A stretch of 64,000 nt of DNA from IMG/VR virus record IMGVR_UViG_3300045988_086138; one strand, 5' to 3'. The position numbers and the translations under genes are program-made. Source of the stretch: a virus. Below are positions 37,729-46,419 of this stretch, in pieces (within the stretch, counting starts at the first letter, position 1; every line of letters begins with the position of its first letter). The notes beneath the pieces are model-generated. The model did not search any database and was not told the origin of the DNA. It saw only the letters and a list, made by a program, of their open reading frames with translations.

Positions 37729-37874
37729 AGTCTTTTTTCTTATATAAAATAATAATATTAAAAATACTTGAGCTTAAGGTAGTGGATTAGGGAGTTTCTA
37801 GATAGTTGTCAACACCTTCAGAACTATCTCGGTACTATCAAAATCTATTAGTTTATAAATATTGCAATATAGAT

Positions 37875-39314
37875 ATGAAGAAGTTTAAAGAGAAAATTAA
37901 ATTTAGTTTCACACCGGATTTCCAATTGGAGATACTCCGGTTTATCCTAAGGGATAAAGAGGGAGGCTTAGTTTTAAAAAGGCTTAAATCTAATTACCTG
38001 GTTTTAATTGAGCATTCCCTAATATTTGAGGGTATCACTAAATACTTTAAGAAGCAAGGCAAGATGCCTTCCGAGAATATTCTAAAGGAGGTATTAAAAG
38101 AATTGCTAGAATCCAAGGCATACGTGGATTTGGTAACTAAGGAAGATATCCCAAGTATTAATAAAATAATCAGTAATCTTTATCACATACCCTTATCAGA
38201 TGCTGATTATATAAAAGAAAAAATATACCAGTTCTCTACCTATGTTGAGATGAAGAACTTAAATGATTCTTTCGATTTGGATAACTTTGAACAATATGAA
38301 GAATATTCAAGGAAAGTTGAAAAGGTACTTCAGAAAAGTAAACCTAAGAAAGAAGATGAACCTTTGTACATGATTCGGGATATTGTTGAAAGACAATTCA
38401 AAAGACAGTCAGAACCATCGGTATTACCTTGCCCATTTAGGCAATTGAATGACCTAACAAATGCAGGAGGTTACCCTGAACATTCAATCAATGTGATATT
38501 GGATAAACCCAAAGCAAAGAAAACATTCTTCATGGTAAACCTTGCAAGAGGTTACTTGAGAATGAAGAAATCAGTATTATATATTGATACCGAGAATGGT
38601 CAAGAACAAATCATGGACCGTTTCATTCAATCCAGTATTAATAAAACCAAAAAGGAATTATATTCTGGTGAGTACGATAAACTTGAGGCAAAGCATTTAA
38701 GGAAACTTGCCAGGTTTGGAGTTGAATTAGTAGTTGAAAGGGTACCTGCAATGATTACTAATGCCACTTATATAAGAGAAAAGATAATTCAACTGCGTAA
38801 CCAAGGGATTGATATTAAGGTACTGATGGTCGATTATGCAGGTAAACTTGCATCAATAGCTGGAGACCGAGAAGATTTTGAAAGGATATCAAATGTATAT
38901 ATCGATTTACAGAACCTGGCAGAAGAATTACACCTTGATATTGTATGGACTGCTCATCATATTACTCGTGATGGTAAAAAGCATAGGACTACCCGATATG
39001 ATGAGAATGATATCTCTGGTTCTATTGCAATCGTTCGCAATGCTCAGGTTATTGTAGGTCTTAACTCTACTGAACAAGAAGAGAAAGATAATATCCTTCG
39101 AGTTGAAATGGTAGTACAAAGGGATGGTCTTTCCTCTGGTAGAGCTTTATTCAAATGTGATGTTGAAAGGCAAAGATGTACAGAATTTACAAAGGAACAA
39201 CGTAAACAATATGATGAAGTATATGGAAAAAAGTTGGATGAATCGTTTAAGAAGAATGGCAGCAATCCTGATGCAGATTCTAAGAAAAGGGAAAGAACTA
39301 CTGGAGATATCTAA
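37875..39314 (+). CDS. DnaB-like replicative DNA helicase
   Basis: N-terminal 'FTPDFQLEILRFILRDKEG' (DnaB-like N-domain). RecA-type core with 'DKPKAKKTFFMVNLA' (Walker A-like) and 'KVLMVDYAG' (Walker B). ATG at 37875 preferred; a TTG at 37806 is the alternative. Confidence 0.6.
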   Translation: MKKFKEKIKFSFTPDFQLEILRFILRDKEGGLVLKRLKSNYLVLIEHSLIFEGITKYFKKQGKMPSENILKEVLKELLESKAYVDLVTKEDIPSINKIISNLYHIPLSDADYIKEKIYQFSTYVEMKNLNDSFDLDNFEQYEEYSRKVEKVLQKSKPKKEDEPLYMIRDIVERQFKRQSEPSVLPCPFRQLNDLTNAGGYPEHSINVILDKPKAKKTFFMVNLARGYLRMKKSVLYIDTENGQEQIMDRFIQSSINKTKKELYSGEYDKLEAKHLRKLARFGVELVVERVPAMITNATYIREKIIQLRNQGIDIKVLMVDYAGKLASIAGDREDFERISNVYIDLQNLAEELHLDIVWTAHHITRDGKKHRTTRYDENDISGSIAIVRNAQVIVGLNSTEQEEKDNILRVEMVVQRDGLSSGRALFKCDVERQRCTEFTKEQRKQYDEVYGKKLDESFKKNGSNPDADSKKRERTTGDI

Positions 39315-39519
39315 ATGTAAGTTAGGTATACATAAGTGGGTACATGAGTTTTGGTATGAGTATAGGGTAAAACCTAGAAAAGCTATCTTTTCAAAGAAAG
39401 GTGGTAGAAAGAGGGCTCAGTATTATACCAAAAATTGTTCGAGGATTTATTGTGAAAGATGTGGTAAGAAACGAAAGAATAGATATGAAAACAAAAAGGA
39501 TAGCTATCACAAAAGATAA
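39271..39519 (+). CDS. Small basic zinc-ribbon protein (C-x-x-G-x-H-K-W ... C-x-R-C-G type)
   Basis: 'CKLGIHKWVHEFW...CERCGKKRKN'. Overlaps the helicase 3' end in another frame. The start codon is uncertain (ORF open from 39124). Confidence 0.45.
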   Translation: MQILRKGKELLEISKCKLGIHKWVHEFWYEYRVKPRKAIFSKKGGRKRAQYYTKNCSRIYCERCGKKRKNRYENKKDSYHKR

Positions 39520-39664
39520 ATATGAGGATGGGTTATCTTTAGAGATATCTCATAACGGTTATCAAACAACCTCTATCGGTAATTTAGATTTAGAGGATTT
39601 AAAGAAGTTAAGGAAAGTAGTTAGGGAAGCAATACGAGAATATGAAAATAACAAACCAGTTTAA
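39485..39664 (+). CDS. Small hypothetical protein
   Basis: 'MKTKRIAITKDKYEDGLSLEISHNGY...'. An internal ATG of ORF 39401..39664 fits the packing better. Confidence 0.4.
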   Translation: MKTKRIAITKDKYEDGLSLEISHNGYQTTSIGNLDLEDLKKLRKVVREAIREYENNKPV

Positions 39665-40595
39665 ATCTAGACTACGAACTTATTTCGTTAAAAGATTAGG
39701 TGGATATGATTATAGGCATGGCTGGATGAGAATACCTACTTGCCCATATTGCGGGAGAGAACATAAGTTAGGTGTTAACCTATCTATGTATCGAACCAAT
39801 TGTTTTCGATGTAATGCTCATCCATCCCCTACCCAATTAATAATGGATATAGAGGGATTCACTGAATATAATGAATTAATAAACTTTTTGAACAATGGAC
39901 AATTTGATGAACTTCAATTTAAGGAGGAGAAACTCGAACTTGCCGAGAGTAAGCCTCTGTATCTGCCCGAGGGATTTAGAAATATTTCGCTTGGAGACAG
40001 CCAACTTGCAAAAAGTATTAGAGGCTATGTCAAGAAACGCGGTTTCAGTATCGAACAGTTTTCAAGATGTGGTATCGGCTATGGCACAATGGGGGAAACT
40101 TACGGGTACCTTATTATCCCCTTCTATTATCAGGGGCAACTTAAATACTACAATGCTAGAAACGTTATCGGAAAAGGTCCCAGGTATAATAACCCAGACA
40201 AAGATATCACAGGCCTTGGAAAACAGTTTATCATCTTTAATCATGACGCATTGGAGATGTACAGGTCGGTATTCGTTTGCGAAGGAGCACTTAATGCTCT
40301 CACCATGGGGGATAGAGGCATTGCCACAATGGGCAAAGCTATTAGTCAGTACCAAGTCAATGAGTTACTTAAATCCCAATGCGAAAGATATATTATACTC
40401 TTGGACCCAGATGCAAAAGAATACGCAATCAATCTGGCGCTCAAACTTGTTGCCTATAAAAAGGTCAAGGTGGTGTTTCTACCAGAAGGAAAAGATTGCA
40501 ATGACCTCGGGAGAAAAGAAGTCTTAAAGTTAGTGTACTCTATTAGGTACCAAAGTTATCAAGAATTGATATCAATCAGAAACTCATTGAAATAG
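39642..40595 (+). CDS. DNA primase (zinc-finger + TOPRIM)
   Basis: Zn finger 'CPYCGREHKLGVN...CFRCNAH'. TOPRIM 'VFVCEGALNALTM' and 'IILLDPDAKE'. Confidence 0.8.
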   Translation: MKITNQFKSRLRTYFVKRLGGYDYRHGWMRIPTCPYCGREHKLGVNLSMYRTNCFRCNAHPSPTQLIMDIEGFTEYNELINFLNNGQFDELQFKEEKLELAESKPLYLPEGFRNISLGDSQLAKSIRGYVKKRGFSIEQFSRCGIGYGTMGETYGYLIIPFYYQGQLKYYNARNVIGKGPRYNNPDKDITGLGKQFIIFNHDALEMYRSVFVCEGALNALTMGDRGIATMGKAISQYQVNELLKSQCERYIILLDPDAKEYAINLALKLVAYKKVKVVFLPEGKDCNDLGRKEVLKLVYSIRYQSYQELISIRNSLK

Positions 40596-40635
40596 GGAGT
40601 TCCTATTATATTATATAACTTAAAAATATAAAACT

Positions 40636-40782
40636 ATGGGCAATGTAATTATAACTTCCGTAAGTGGGAAAGAGCATGAACTTTCCGATTCTGAACAAGA
40701 ATTTTATAATGACCTAACTGAATTAGGTGAAGAAGAGATATTAGAGGTTTGGTTGAAGAATTTAACTTTATATGATTCATGA
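40636..40782 (+). CDS. Small acidic hypothetical protein (48 aa, below the ORF-track threshold)
   Basis: Hand translation: MGNVIITSVSGKEHELSDSEQEFYNDLTELGEEEILEVWLKNLTLYDS*. It fills an otherwise empty 176-nt gap and overlaps the next start. Confidence 0.35.
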   Translation: MGNVIITSVSGKEHELSDSEQEFYNDLTELGEEEILEVWLKNLTLYDS

Positions 40783-40981
40783 TATGAAACAGTTTATTAA
40801 AGAATGGTGTAGAAATATGGTTATAGCTATTGCTATTCTCTTTTATATAGCCATATTTATGGGTGGTATCTATTTTTTAGATGATGGTACATTAAAAGGT
40901 TTTATATATGTAGGTTTATGGGTTTTGTTTGTATCTATAACTACAATAACCTCGTATATCCAATATAATAAAGAGAAATGA
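40772..40981 (+). CDS. Small membrane protein (2 TM)
   Basis: 'MVIAIAILFYIAIFMGGIYF' and 'FIYVGLWVLFVSITTITSYI'. Confidence 0.5.
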   Translation: MIHDMKQFIKEWCRNMVIAIAILFYIAIFMGGIYFLDDGTLKGFIYVGLWVLFVSITTITSYIQYNKEK

Positions 40982-41799
40982 GAGAACCAAGTATTCATAT
41001 AACTAAGTCTCAATTTGAGGAAATATTAAATACCTTAGAGGTAGATAACTTCCCAGTTGAGGCTTTTTTTGTTATTGCACGAAAAGAGGCAATAAATCAT
41101 AGAGCAGTCTTAGTTTCTAATAATAAGAATACTAAGCGAGTTAATAACATATTACTAGCATCTAAGGGGGATGCTGCCCTTGTTGCTGATATTTTGTATG
41201 CAACCCGTATAAAATTAAAACATAGGGGAGTTCGGAAAATAAACGAGAGTAATTCTCGAGAATGGGCAAATTGTAAAAAGCTTGCTGAAATATGTAATAC
41301 TTTTTGTGAGGATTTTAAATTTGATACTCGTGAAGGCTTTATCAAATATATAGAGACTGGATTAAAAAGGATGACTGATTATCGTAATGTTATGCAAAGG
41401 TTGATATCCATGCAGGATAACATTACTAATCAAACTGAGGCTGAGATTAAATTACAATCAGCAGATTTGGAACTCACTGCTAAGGTACATGATTATTTTG
41501 TAAGTAAGATTGCTAAGGCAACTGGTATATATGAATCTTATGAAAATCAACCAGAGGAGTATGTACATTTTGCTTATGTAGCAGCATTCTTAGAGGAAGA
41601 AGGTTGGGATTATGAGGATTTCATAGATGCTCAGTTTGAATCTCTGGCATGGTGTAATGGGTTACCAGATATTGCTCAATTATATACTGATAAAGCAGTA
41701 GAAAGATACAATAAGTATTTATATAAGAATAAGAATAAACAATTACTTGAAGATGAACCTACAGTAGAGGGGAGTCTTTGGGATAAAATCCAAAAATAA
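40978..41799 (+). CDS. Hypothetical protein
   Basis: 273-aa ORF, ATGA-coupled. No motif recognised. Confidence 0.5.
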   Translation: MREPSIHITKSQFEEILNTLEVDNFPVEAFFVIARKEAINHRAVLVSNNKNTKRVNNILLASKGDAALVADILYATRIKLKHRGVRKINESNSREWANCKKLAEICNTFCEDFKFDTREGFIKYIETGLKRMTDYRNVMQRLISMQDNITNQTEAEIKLQSADLELTAKVHDYFVSKIAKATGIYESYENQPEEYVHFAYVAAFLEEEGWDYEDFIDAQFESLAWCNGLPDIAQLYTDKAVERYNKYLYKNKNKQLLEDEPTVEGSLWDKIQK

Positions 41800-41800
41800 T

Positions 41801-42388
41801 ATGAAAGGTTTACAATTTTTAGGGAACAGAGTAGAGGATGCAGCTAATGCTTTTATTGATGTCCTCAAGTATTCAGACCAATCAGTAGAGTATCCCGATT
41901 TTAAGGATATCGAACCTTGGCCTGATGAGATAGTTAATATGTTCTATGTAATTTGGAAGAATGCTAAATTCTCAGAACTAAGTGCAATCATTATGTATAC
42001 TCAGCAGTCATCCCAATTTAAAGAGATTTCGGAATTGATGCTGGGTATTGGGTTAGTAGAAATGAGGCATCTTGATAAGATATCCGATTTCATACAGTTA
42101 GCAGACCCCTATGAAAATTACTCTGTAATCAACATTAACCCTACAATTGAAATAGGTCCTACTTGGGAACAGGCTTTGAAGATTGCCTGGGATTCTGAGA
42201 TAGAAACCATAGGTCACTATAAGAAGATTCAAAAGGCAATCGGTCAATACAAAGAACGACCCGATTATGATGATGTGAATTATTTCCTTGAGAAACTTAT
42301 GGCAGATGAGGAACATCATATCAAACTTCTCAAGGAAGCTTTGGGAGTAGATAAGGGTACTAAAGGTGTAACTGTAATCATCAAGTGA
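41801..42388 (+). CDS. Ferritin-like / rubrerythrin-like di-iron carboxylate protein
   Basis: Two E-x-x-H motifs in predicted helices ('LVEMRHLDKI' and 'MADEEHHIKLL') plus additional Glu ('DSEIETIGHY'). Confidence 0.5.
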   Translation: MKGLQFLGNRVEDAANAFIDVLKYSDQSVEYPDFKDIEPWPDEIVNMFYVIWKNAKFSELSAIIMYTQQSSQFKEISELMLGIGLVEMRHLDKISDFIQLADPYENYSVININPTIEIGPTWEQALKIAWDSEIETIGHYKKIQKAIGQYKERPDYDDVNYFLEKLMADEEHHIKLLKEALGVDKGTKGVTVIIK

Positions 42389-43872
42389 GTAAGATAATTA
42401 TTCAGAATGGTAATATGTGCGAACTGGACTTACCTCTTAAGTTCGCACAGAAACTTTATAATGAGTTTGCCATTCGACACCCGAATGCTTTCTACTTACG
42501 TACAAGGCAAAGAGGTATGCAGAATTGGGATGGTAAGATTCACTACATCACCAAGACTGGGCAATTTAAAATAGGTTTACTCCCAAAGGTATATGAAAGA
42601 TGTATTGAGATGGGGATTAAACCTAAAGTTGTAGATATGCGTCAACCTTTACCTAAAGTCAGTAAAGTTGTTACGAAGATAGGCAAATATAAACTAAGAC
42701 CAGAACAAGAGAAAGCAGTCAAGGCTGTAATCAATAATACCATTGGAGGTAAACCATTTCATATCGGAGTATTGGATTACACGGTTAATGCAGGTAAAAC
42801 TCTTATTATGTCGTCTTTATATTTATCCTATAAGAAGCAGTTAAAGACTTTGCTAATAACTAATGACTCTGATTGGTTAAACCAGGCTAGAGAAGAATTT
42901 AAGCAATATCTCCCGGGAGAAGATATCACCTTTGTTCAAGGTAAAGTTTTAAACTGGAGTAACTTCACTATTGGTATGGTTCAATCTATTTCTCGTAATA
43001 TGAGATTCTATCAGAAGGAATTATCTCAAGTAGATATGGTACTTATTGATGAGGCTGACCAAGGAGGTAGTAAGCAATATCAGAATGTAATTACTCGGTT
43101 ATTTAATACTCGTATTCGTATAGGATTATCTGGTACAATTTATATGAGTAAGCTTGCTAAGGATAAGGTTAAGAATATGAACCTTGAATGTTTCTTTGGT
43201 AAGGTAATCGCTGAGTTCAAACTTAAGGATTCTATTAAGAAGGGTTACTCAACTAAAACAATCGTAAAGATGGTACCTGGTAAACCTTGGTATGGTAATT
43301 GGGAATCAGATTGTATATCTTATAAGGAAATATATGATGATTCTATTACTGATAATAACACTGCCTGGACTATGGCTTGGGATAGATTAAGGTGGAATTT
43401 AAGGCAAGGTAGATTTCCTGCACTTGTAGTATGTAAGCATATTGCACATTGTGAAAATCTATATGAGTTCTTTAAAAATAGACTGGGTGATGCCTATAAT
43501 ATTGCCTATGTGCATGTTAATACTCCCACTAAATTAAGACAACAAATAATGAAGGATTTTAGAGAAGGTAAGATTGATATCCTGGTATCAACTACAATCA
43601 TAGCTCGAGGTAAAAACTTTCCTAAGCTTAGGTATTTATTAAATACTGCCAGTATGGATAGCCAAGAAAAATCTATTCAGTTCCTTGGACGTTTGGTAAG
43701 AACCGATGAATCCAAAAAGAAAGTATACCTTGATGACCTTCATTATCCCGGTAATTATTTGAATAGGCATGGTAAACATAGGAAGCAATATTATCAGAGA
43801 CAAGAATTGAAGGTCATATTATTAGATAAGCTTTGGAAGAATCATACTAACCATAGCCTTAATCAGAGTTAA
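42385..43872 (+). CDS. Superfamily-2 DNA helicase (DEAD-like; UvsW/type III res-like)
   Basis: Motif I 'NAGKTLIM', motif II 'LIDEADQG', motif III 'LSGT', motif VI 'QFLGRLVR'. Confidence 0.8.
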   Translation: MSKIIIQNGNMCELDLPLKFAQKLYNEFAIRHPNAFYLRTRQRGMQNWDGKIHYITKTGQFKIGLLPKVYERCIEMGIKPKVVDMRQPLPKVSKVVTKIGKYKLRPEQEKAVKAVINNTIGGKPFHIGVLDYTVNAGKTLIMSSLYLSYKKQLKTLLITNDSDWLNQAREEFKQYLPGEDITFVQGKVLNWSNFTIGMVQSISRNMRFYQKELSQVDMVLIDEADQGGSKQYQNVITRLFNTRIRIGLSGTIYMSKLAKDKVKNMNLECFFGKVIAEFKLKDSIKKGYSTKTIVKMVPGKPWYGNWESDCISYKEIYDDSITDNNTAWTMAWDRLRWNLRQGRFPALVVCKHIAHCENLYEFFKNRLGDAYNIAYVHVNTPTKLRQQIMKDFREGKIDILVSTTIIARGKNFPKLRYLLNTASMDSQEKSIQFLGRLVRTDESKKKVYLDDLHYPGNYLNRHGKHRKQYYQRQELKVILLDKLWKNHTNHSLNQS

Positions 43873-43887
43873 CTAGAAGTACTATGA

Positions 43888-43921
43888 GTAATTACTTTTC
43901 TCCGTAGGAGGAAATAATTAC
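43888..43921 (+). terminator. Strong hairpin after the helicase gene (15-bp stem with one bulge, GTA loop)
   Basis: GTAATTACTTTTCTCC / GGAGGAAATAATTAC pair fully apart from one bulged C and one G-U. No clear U-tract. Confidence 0.45.
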
Positions 43922-43944
43922 ATCCTAATAAGCATACGGGCATT

Positions 43945-44166
43945 ATGAATAATGATAAGTTAATATGTATCAGAGAAGAGGATGATAGTAAACTAACCCA
44001 ATTACAATCAGAAGGTTATAGGATAATCCAAATCTCTGCCTCAGGTATCTACTGTTGGGTACTACTAAGGAAACCAAATTTTACTAAAAAAGACATAAAA
44101 GGATTTTTCAATGAAAACACTAAGCCAAATATTAAACCAGGTGAAGGCATTATTAAAAGGACCTGA
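43945..44166 (+). CDS. Hypothetical protein
   Basis: 73-aa ORF. Confidence 0.4.
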   Translation: MNNDKLICIREEDDSKLTQLQSEGYRIIQISASGIYCWVLLRKPNFTKKDIKGFFNENTKPNIKPGEGIIKRT

Positions 44167-44458
44167 ACCTAATCCTCAACATGTATTTAATTGTAGGGAT
44201 ATTGCATGGATAACCGATATTAAATCTACTCGGTTCTCACCAGATAAGTATATTAAGTATTTTTTCTTGTATTTCAATTCTGGGTTGGAAGTAAAGATCT
44301 GTCAAGATACTCAAGATGAAAACTGCCCAGAACTTGAAGAACTTAGGAAACTATTTATTAATAGCATCGGATATTCCTATGTCAGTATAGACTACCCATC
44401 TACTCAAGATAAGGAAGATGGTGGTATATACATTATGTCTCATCGAAAAAAGAATTAG
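44111..44458 (+). CDS. Hypothetical protein
   Basis: 115-aa ORF. Start uncertain (56-nt overlap with the upstream ORF). Confidence 0.4.
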   Translation: MKTLSQILNQVKALLKGPEPNPQHVFNCRDIAWITDIKSTRFSPDKYIKYFFLYFNSGLEVKICQDTQDENCPELEELRKLFINSIGYSYVSIDYPSTQDKEDGGIYIMSHRKKN

Positions 44459-44461
44459 TAT

Positions 44462-44851
44462 ATGAGTAAGAAAAAGAAACAACTTCCCGATTTATCAAAG
44501 CAAGATATACTGACACCAATAGATGTCAGTACTCTTGGTACTAATGGGGACCCATGTTTTGGTATTGGGTATGATTTATCAACTAAAGAATGTAAATTAT
44601 GCGGAGACTCAGAATTGTGTGCATTCAAGATGTCCCAGAATTTGAACATTACAAGGAAAGAATTAGAACAGAAGAATCAATACAAAGATTTGGATGTATT
44701 GGAAGACACGGTTGGTATCAAGAAATACATCCGAGGCTTGATTCGGAAAGGGAAAGACAGAAAAGAAATTATCTCAAAGACAGTTGAGAAATTCGAAGTA
44801 CCTAAGAAACGTATTAGAGAACTTTATAGAGAATGCAATGCAAAAGATTGA
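44462..44851 (+). CDS. Hypothetical Cys-rich protein
   Basis: 'GDPCFGIGYDLSTKECKLCGDSELC' cluster followed by a basic helical tail. Confidence 0.45.
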   Translation: MSKKKKQLPDLSKQDILTPIDVSTLGTNGDPCFGIGYDLSTKECKLCGDSELCAFKMSQNLNITRKELEQKNQYKDLDVLEDTVGIKKYIRGLIRKGKDRKEIISKTVEKFEVPKKRIRELYRECNAKD

Positions 44852-45038
44852 TATGATATGGGCAATGTTTAAGTTATATCTTAACAACCCAAATTATTAT
44901 GTACGGCAAGATGATGTTCTTGCTGATTTGTTTATGCAGGGTGAATATGACGTAGAAAGATTCTGTCATTCACTCGGAGTAACTCCTCAACGAGGATTAA
45001 CCTTTGGACAACTTTTAAAACAGTGTAATATATTATGA
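44838..45038 (+). CDS. Small hypothetical protein
   Basis: The in-frame ATG at 44838 minimises overlap with the upstream gene (ORF track: 44784). Confidence 0.4.
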   Translation: MQKIDMIWAMFKLYLNNPNYYVRQDDVLADLFMQGEYDVERFCHSLGVTPQRGLTFGQLLKQCNIL

Positions 45039-45574
45039 ACAGATTCAGATTTATCAAAGTAAGGGAGGTAGTATCTCCAAACAGAGCAAACCCAAATGAT
45101 GCTGGGTTAGATTTTTATGTACCAACCGATTTATATCCAGAGCATATTCATTCTAAAAATGAATTAGACTCAGAAGGTTATGATTTAGATGTTCCTTTTG
45201 GTGAAGCCTTTGTAAGGCATATAGCTTTAAAACCTGGACATCGTATACTTATCCCATCTGGTATTAGGGGATTGCTTGAACCACCTGCCTCTATGTTAAT
45301 GGCTGCTAATAAGTCCGGTATAGTTACTAAGCAAGGTTTACTCTTTACAGCTGAGATAGTAGATTCCCCTTATGTAGGAGAGATACATATCGGAGTATAT
45401 AATGCTTCTGATAAGTCTCAAGTTATCGAATGTGGCAAGAAGCTTATACAGTTCATACATGTTCCTATCTACATCACAGAGCCAGAAGAGATTCAACAAG
45501 AAGAATTCTATACTGAGTCTCAAATGTGGGGAAGTAGAGGAGATAAGGGATTTGGTTCATCTCAAAATAAATAA
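45035..45574 (+). CDS. dut: dUTPase-fold deoxynucleotide pyrophosphatase (dUTPase)
   Basis: All five trimeric dUTPase motifs: 'NDAGLDFYVP', 'IPSGI', 'ANKSGIVTKQGL', 'IVDSPYVGEIHIGVYN', 'RGDKGFGSS'. Confidence 0.85.
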   Translation: MNRFRFIKVREVVSPNRANPNDAGLDFYVPTDLYPEHIHSKNELDSEGYDLDVPFGEAFVRHIALKPGHRILIPSGIRGLLEPPASMLMAANKSGIVTKQGLLFTAEIVDSPYVGEIHIGVYNASDKSQVIECGKKLIQFIHVPIYITEPEEIQQEEFYTESQMWGSRGDKGFGSSQNK

Positions 45575-45579
45575 ACATC

Positions 45580-46419
45580 ATGGATGTAAGAAACATAAGA
45601 GAAGAGGTGCCCAATATAAAAGAAACAGAGGTACTTCCACAGATGTATATCTTAGGGTTAGAACAATTAAATGGGTATAGACAAATAGAATCACTACCAG
45701 AGTATCCCTTAGATATAAATAACCCTAAGAGCCAAGTTATACTTAAGGATTTTATTGGTAGGGTAATCGAAGAATTAACTGAAGGCTTTGAATCTACAGA
45801 TTTCGTGGTAGCTATATACCAAAAACATGGGTGGAATAATGATTGCTTAACTGAGGAAGAATATACCGAAGTACTTAATCATCTAGCAAATGCAAATGAA
45901 GAACAAGCAGATGCTTTAGGATTCTTCTTTACTTTGCTTATATATTCCAATATATTGCCAGAGGATATACTTGCATACAATAATGCAAAAAACCTATTTG
46001 AGGTAATGGCTATCGGGGTAAAGGAATTAATAACTAAGTACCCGGATTATCATATAAAGAAATATCCCATATTAAATCCAGAGGACTATGTAGGTGATGT
46101 GGACCAACCAGACTGGGACAAGCTAGTTTCATATACACCAGGCTTTCATAATATGAGTGACTTATCTCATGAAACTGAGAAGTTATATCTATGGGAAGTT
46201 ATATACGAACTGAATAAGGCAAGGAATTTCCTTAAATGCCGTCCTTGGAAACAAACTTCGGTAATGACTAAAGAGATAGAATTTCAGGAGTCATTAGTAA
46301 AATCATTATATATATATATGGGATTCCTTGCATTAAACGGGTTCACTACTCAGGGTTTATTTGGATTATTCTTTAAAAAACAACGCCTCAACTTATGGAG
46401 GCAACAAACTAATTATTAA
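45580..46419 (+). CDS. MazG-like (all-alpha) nucleoside triphosphate pyrophosphohydrolase candidate
   Basis: 'RVIEELTEGFES' (E-E-x-x-E) and 'ANEEQADALGFFFTLLIYSNI' (E-E-x-x-D) in the spacing typical of MazG/dimeric-dUTPase metal-binding helices. Confidence 0.45.
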   Translation: MDVRNIREEVPNIKETEVLPQMYILGLEQLNGYRQIESLPEYPLDINNPKSQVILKDFIGRVIEELTEGFESTDFVVAIYQKHGWNNDCLTEEEYTEVLNHLANANEEQADALGFFFTLLIYSNILPEDILAYNNAKNLFEVMAIGVKELITKYPDYHIKKYPILNPEDYVGDVDQPDWDKLVSYTPGFHNMSDLSHETEKLYLWEVIYELNKARNFLKCRPWKQTSVMTKEIEFQESLVKSLYIYMGFLALNGFTTQGLFGLFFKKQRLNLWRQQTNY

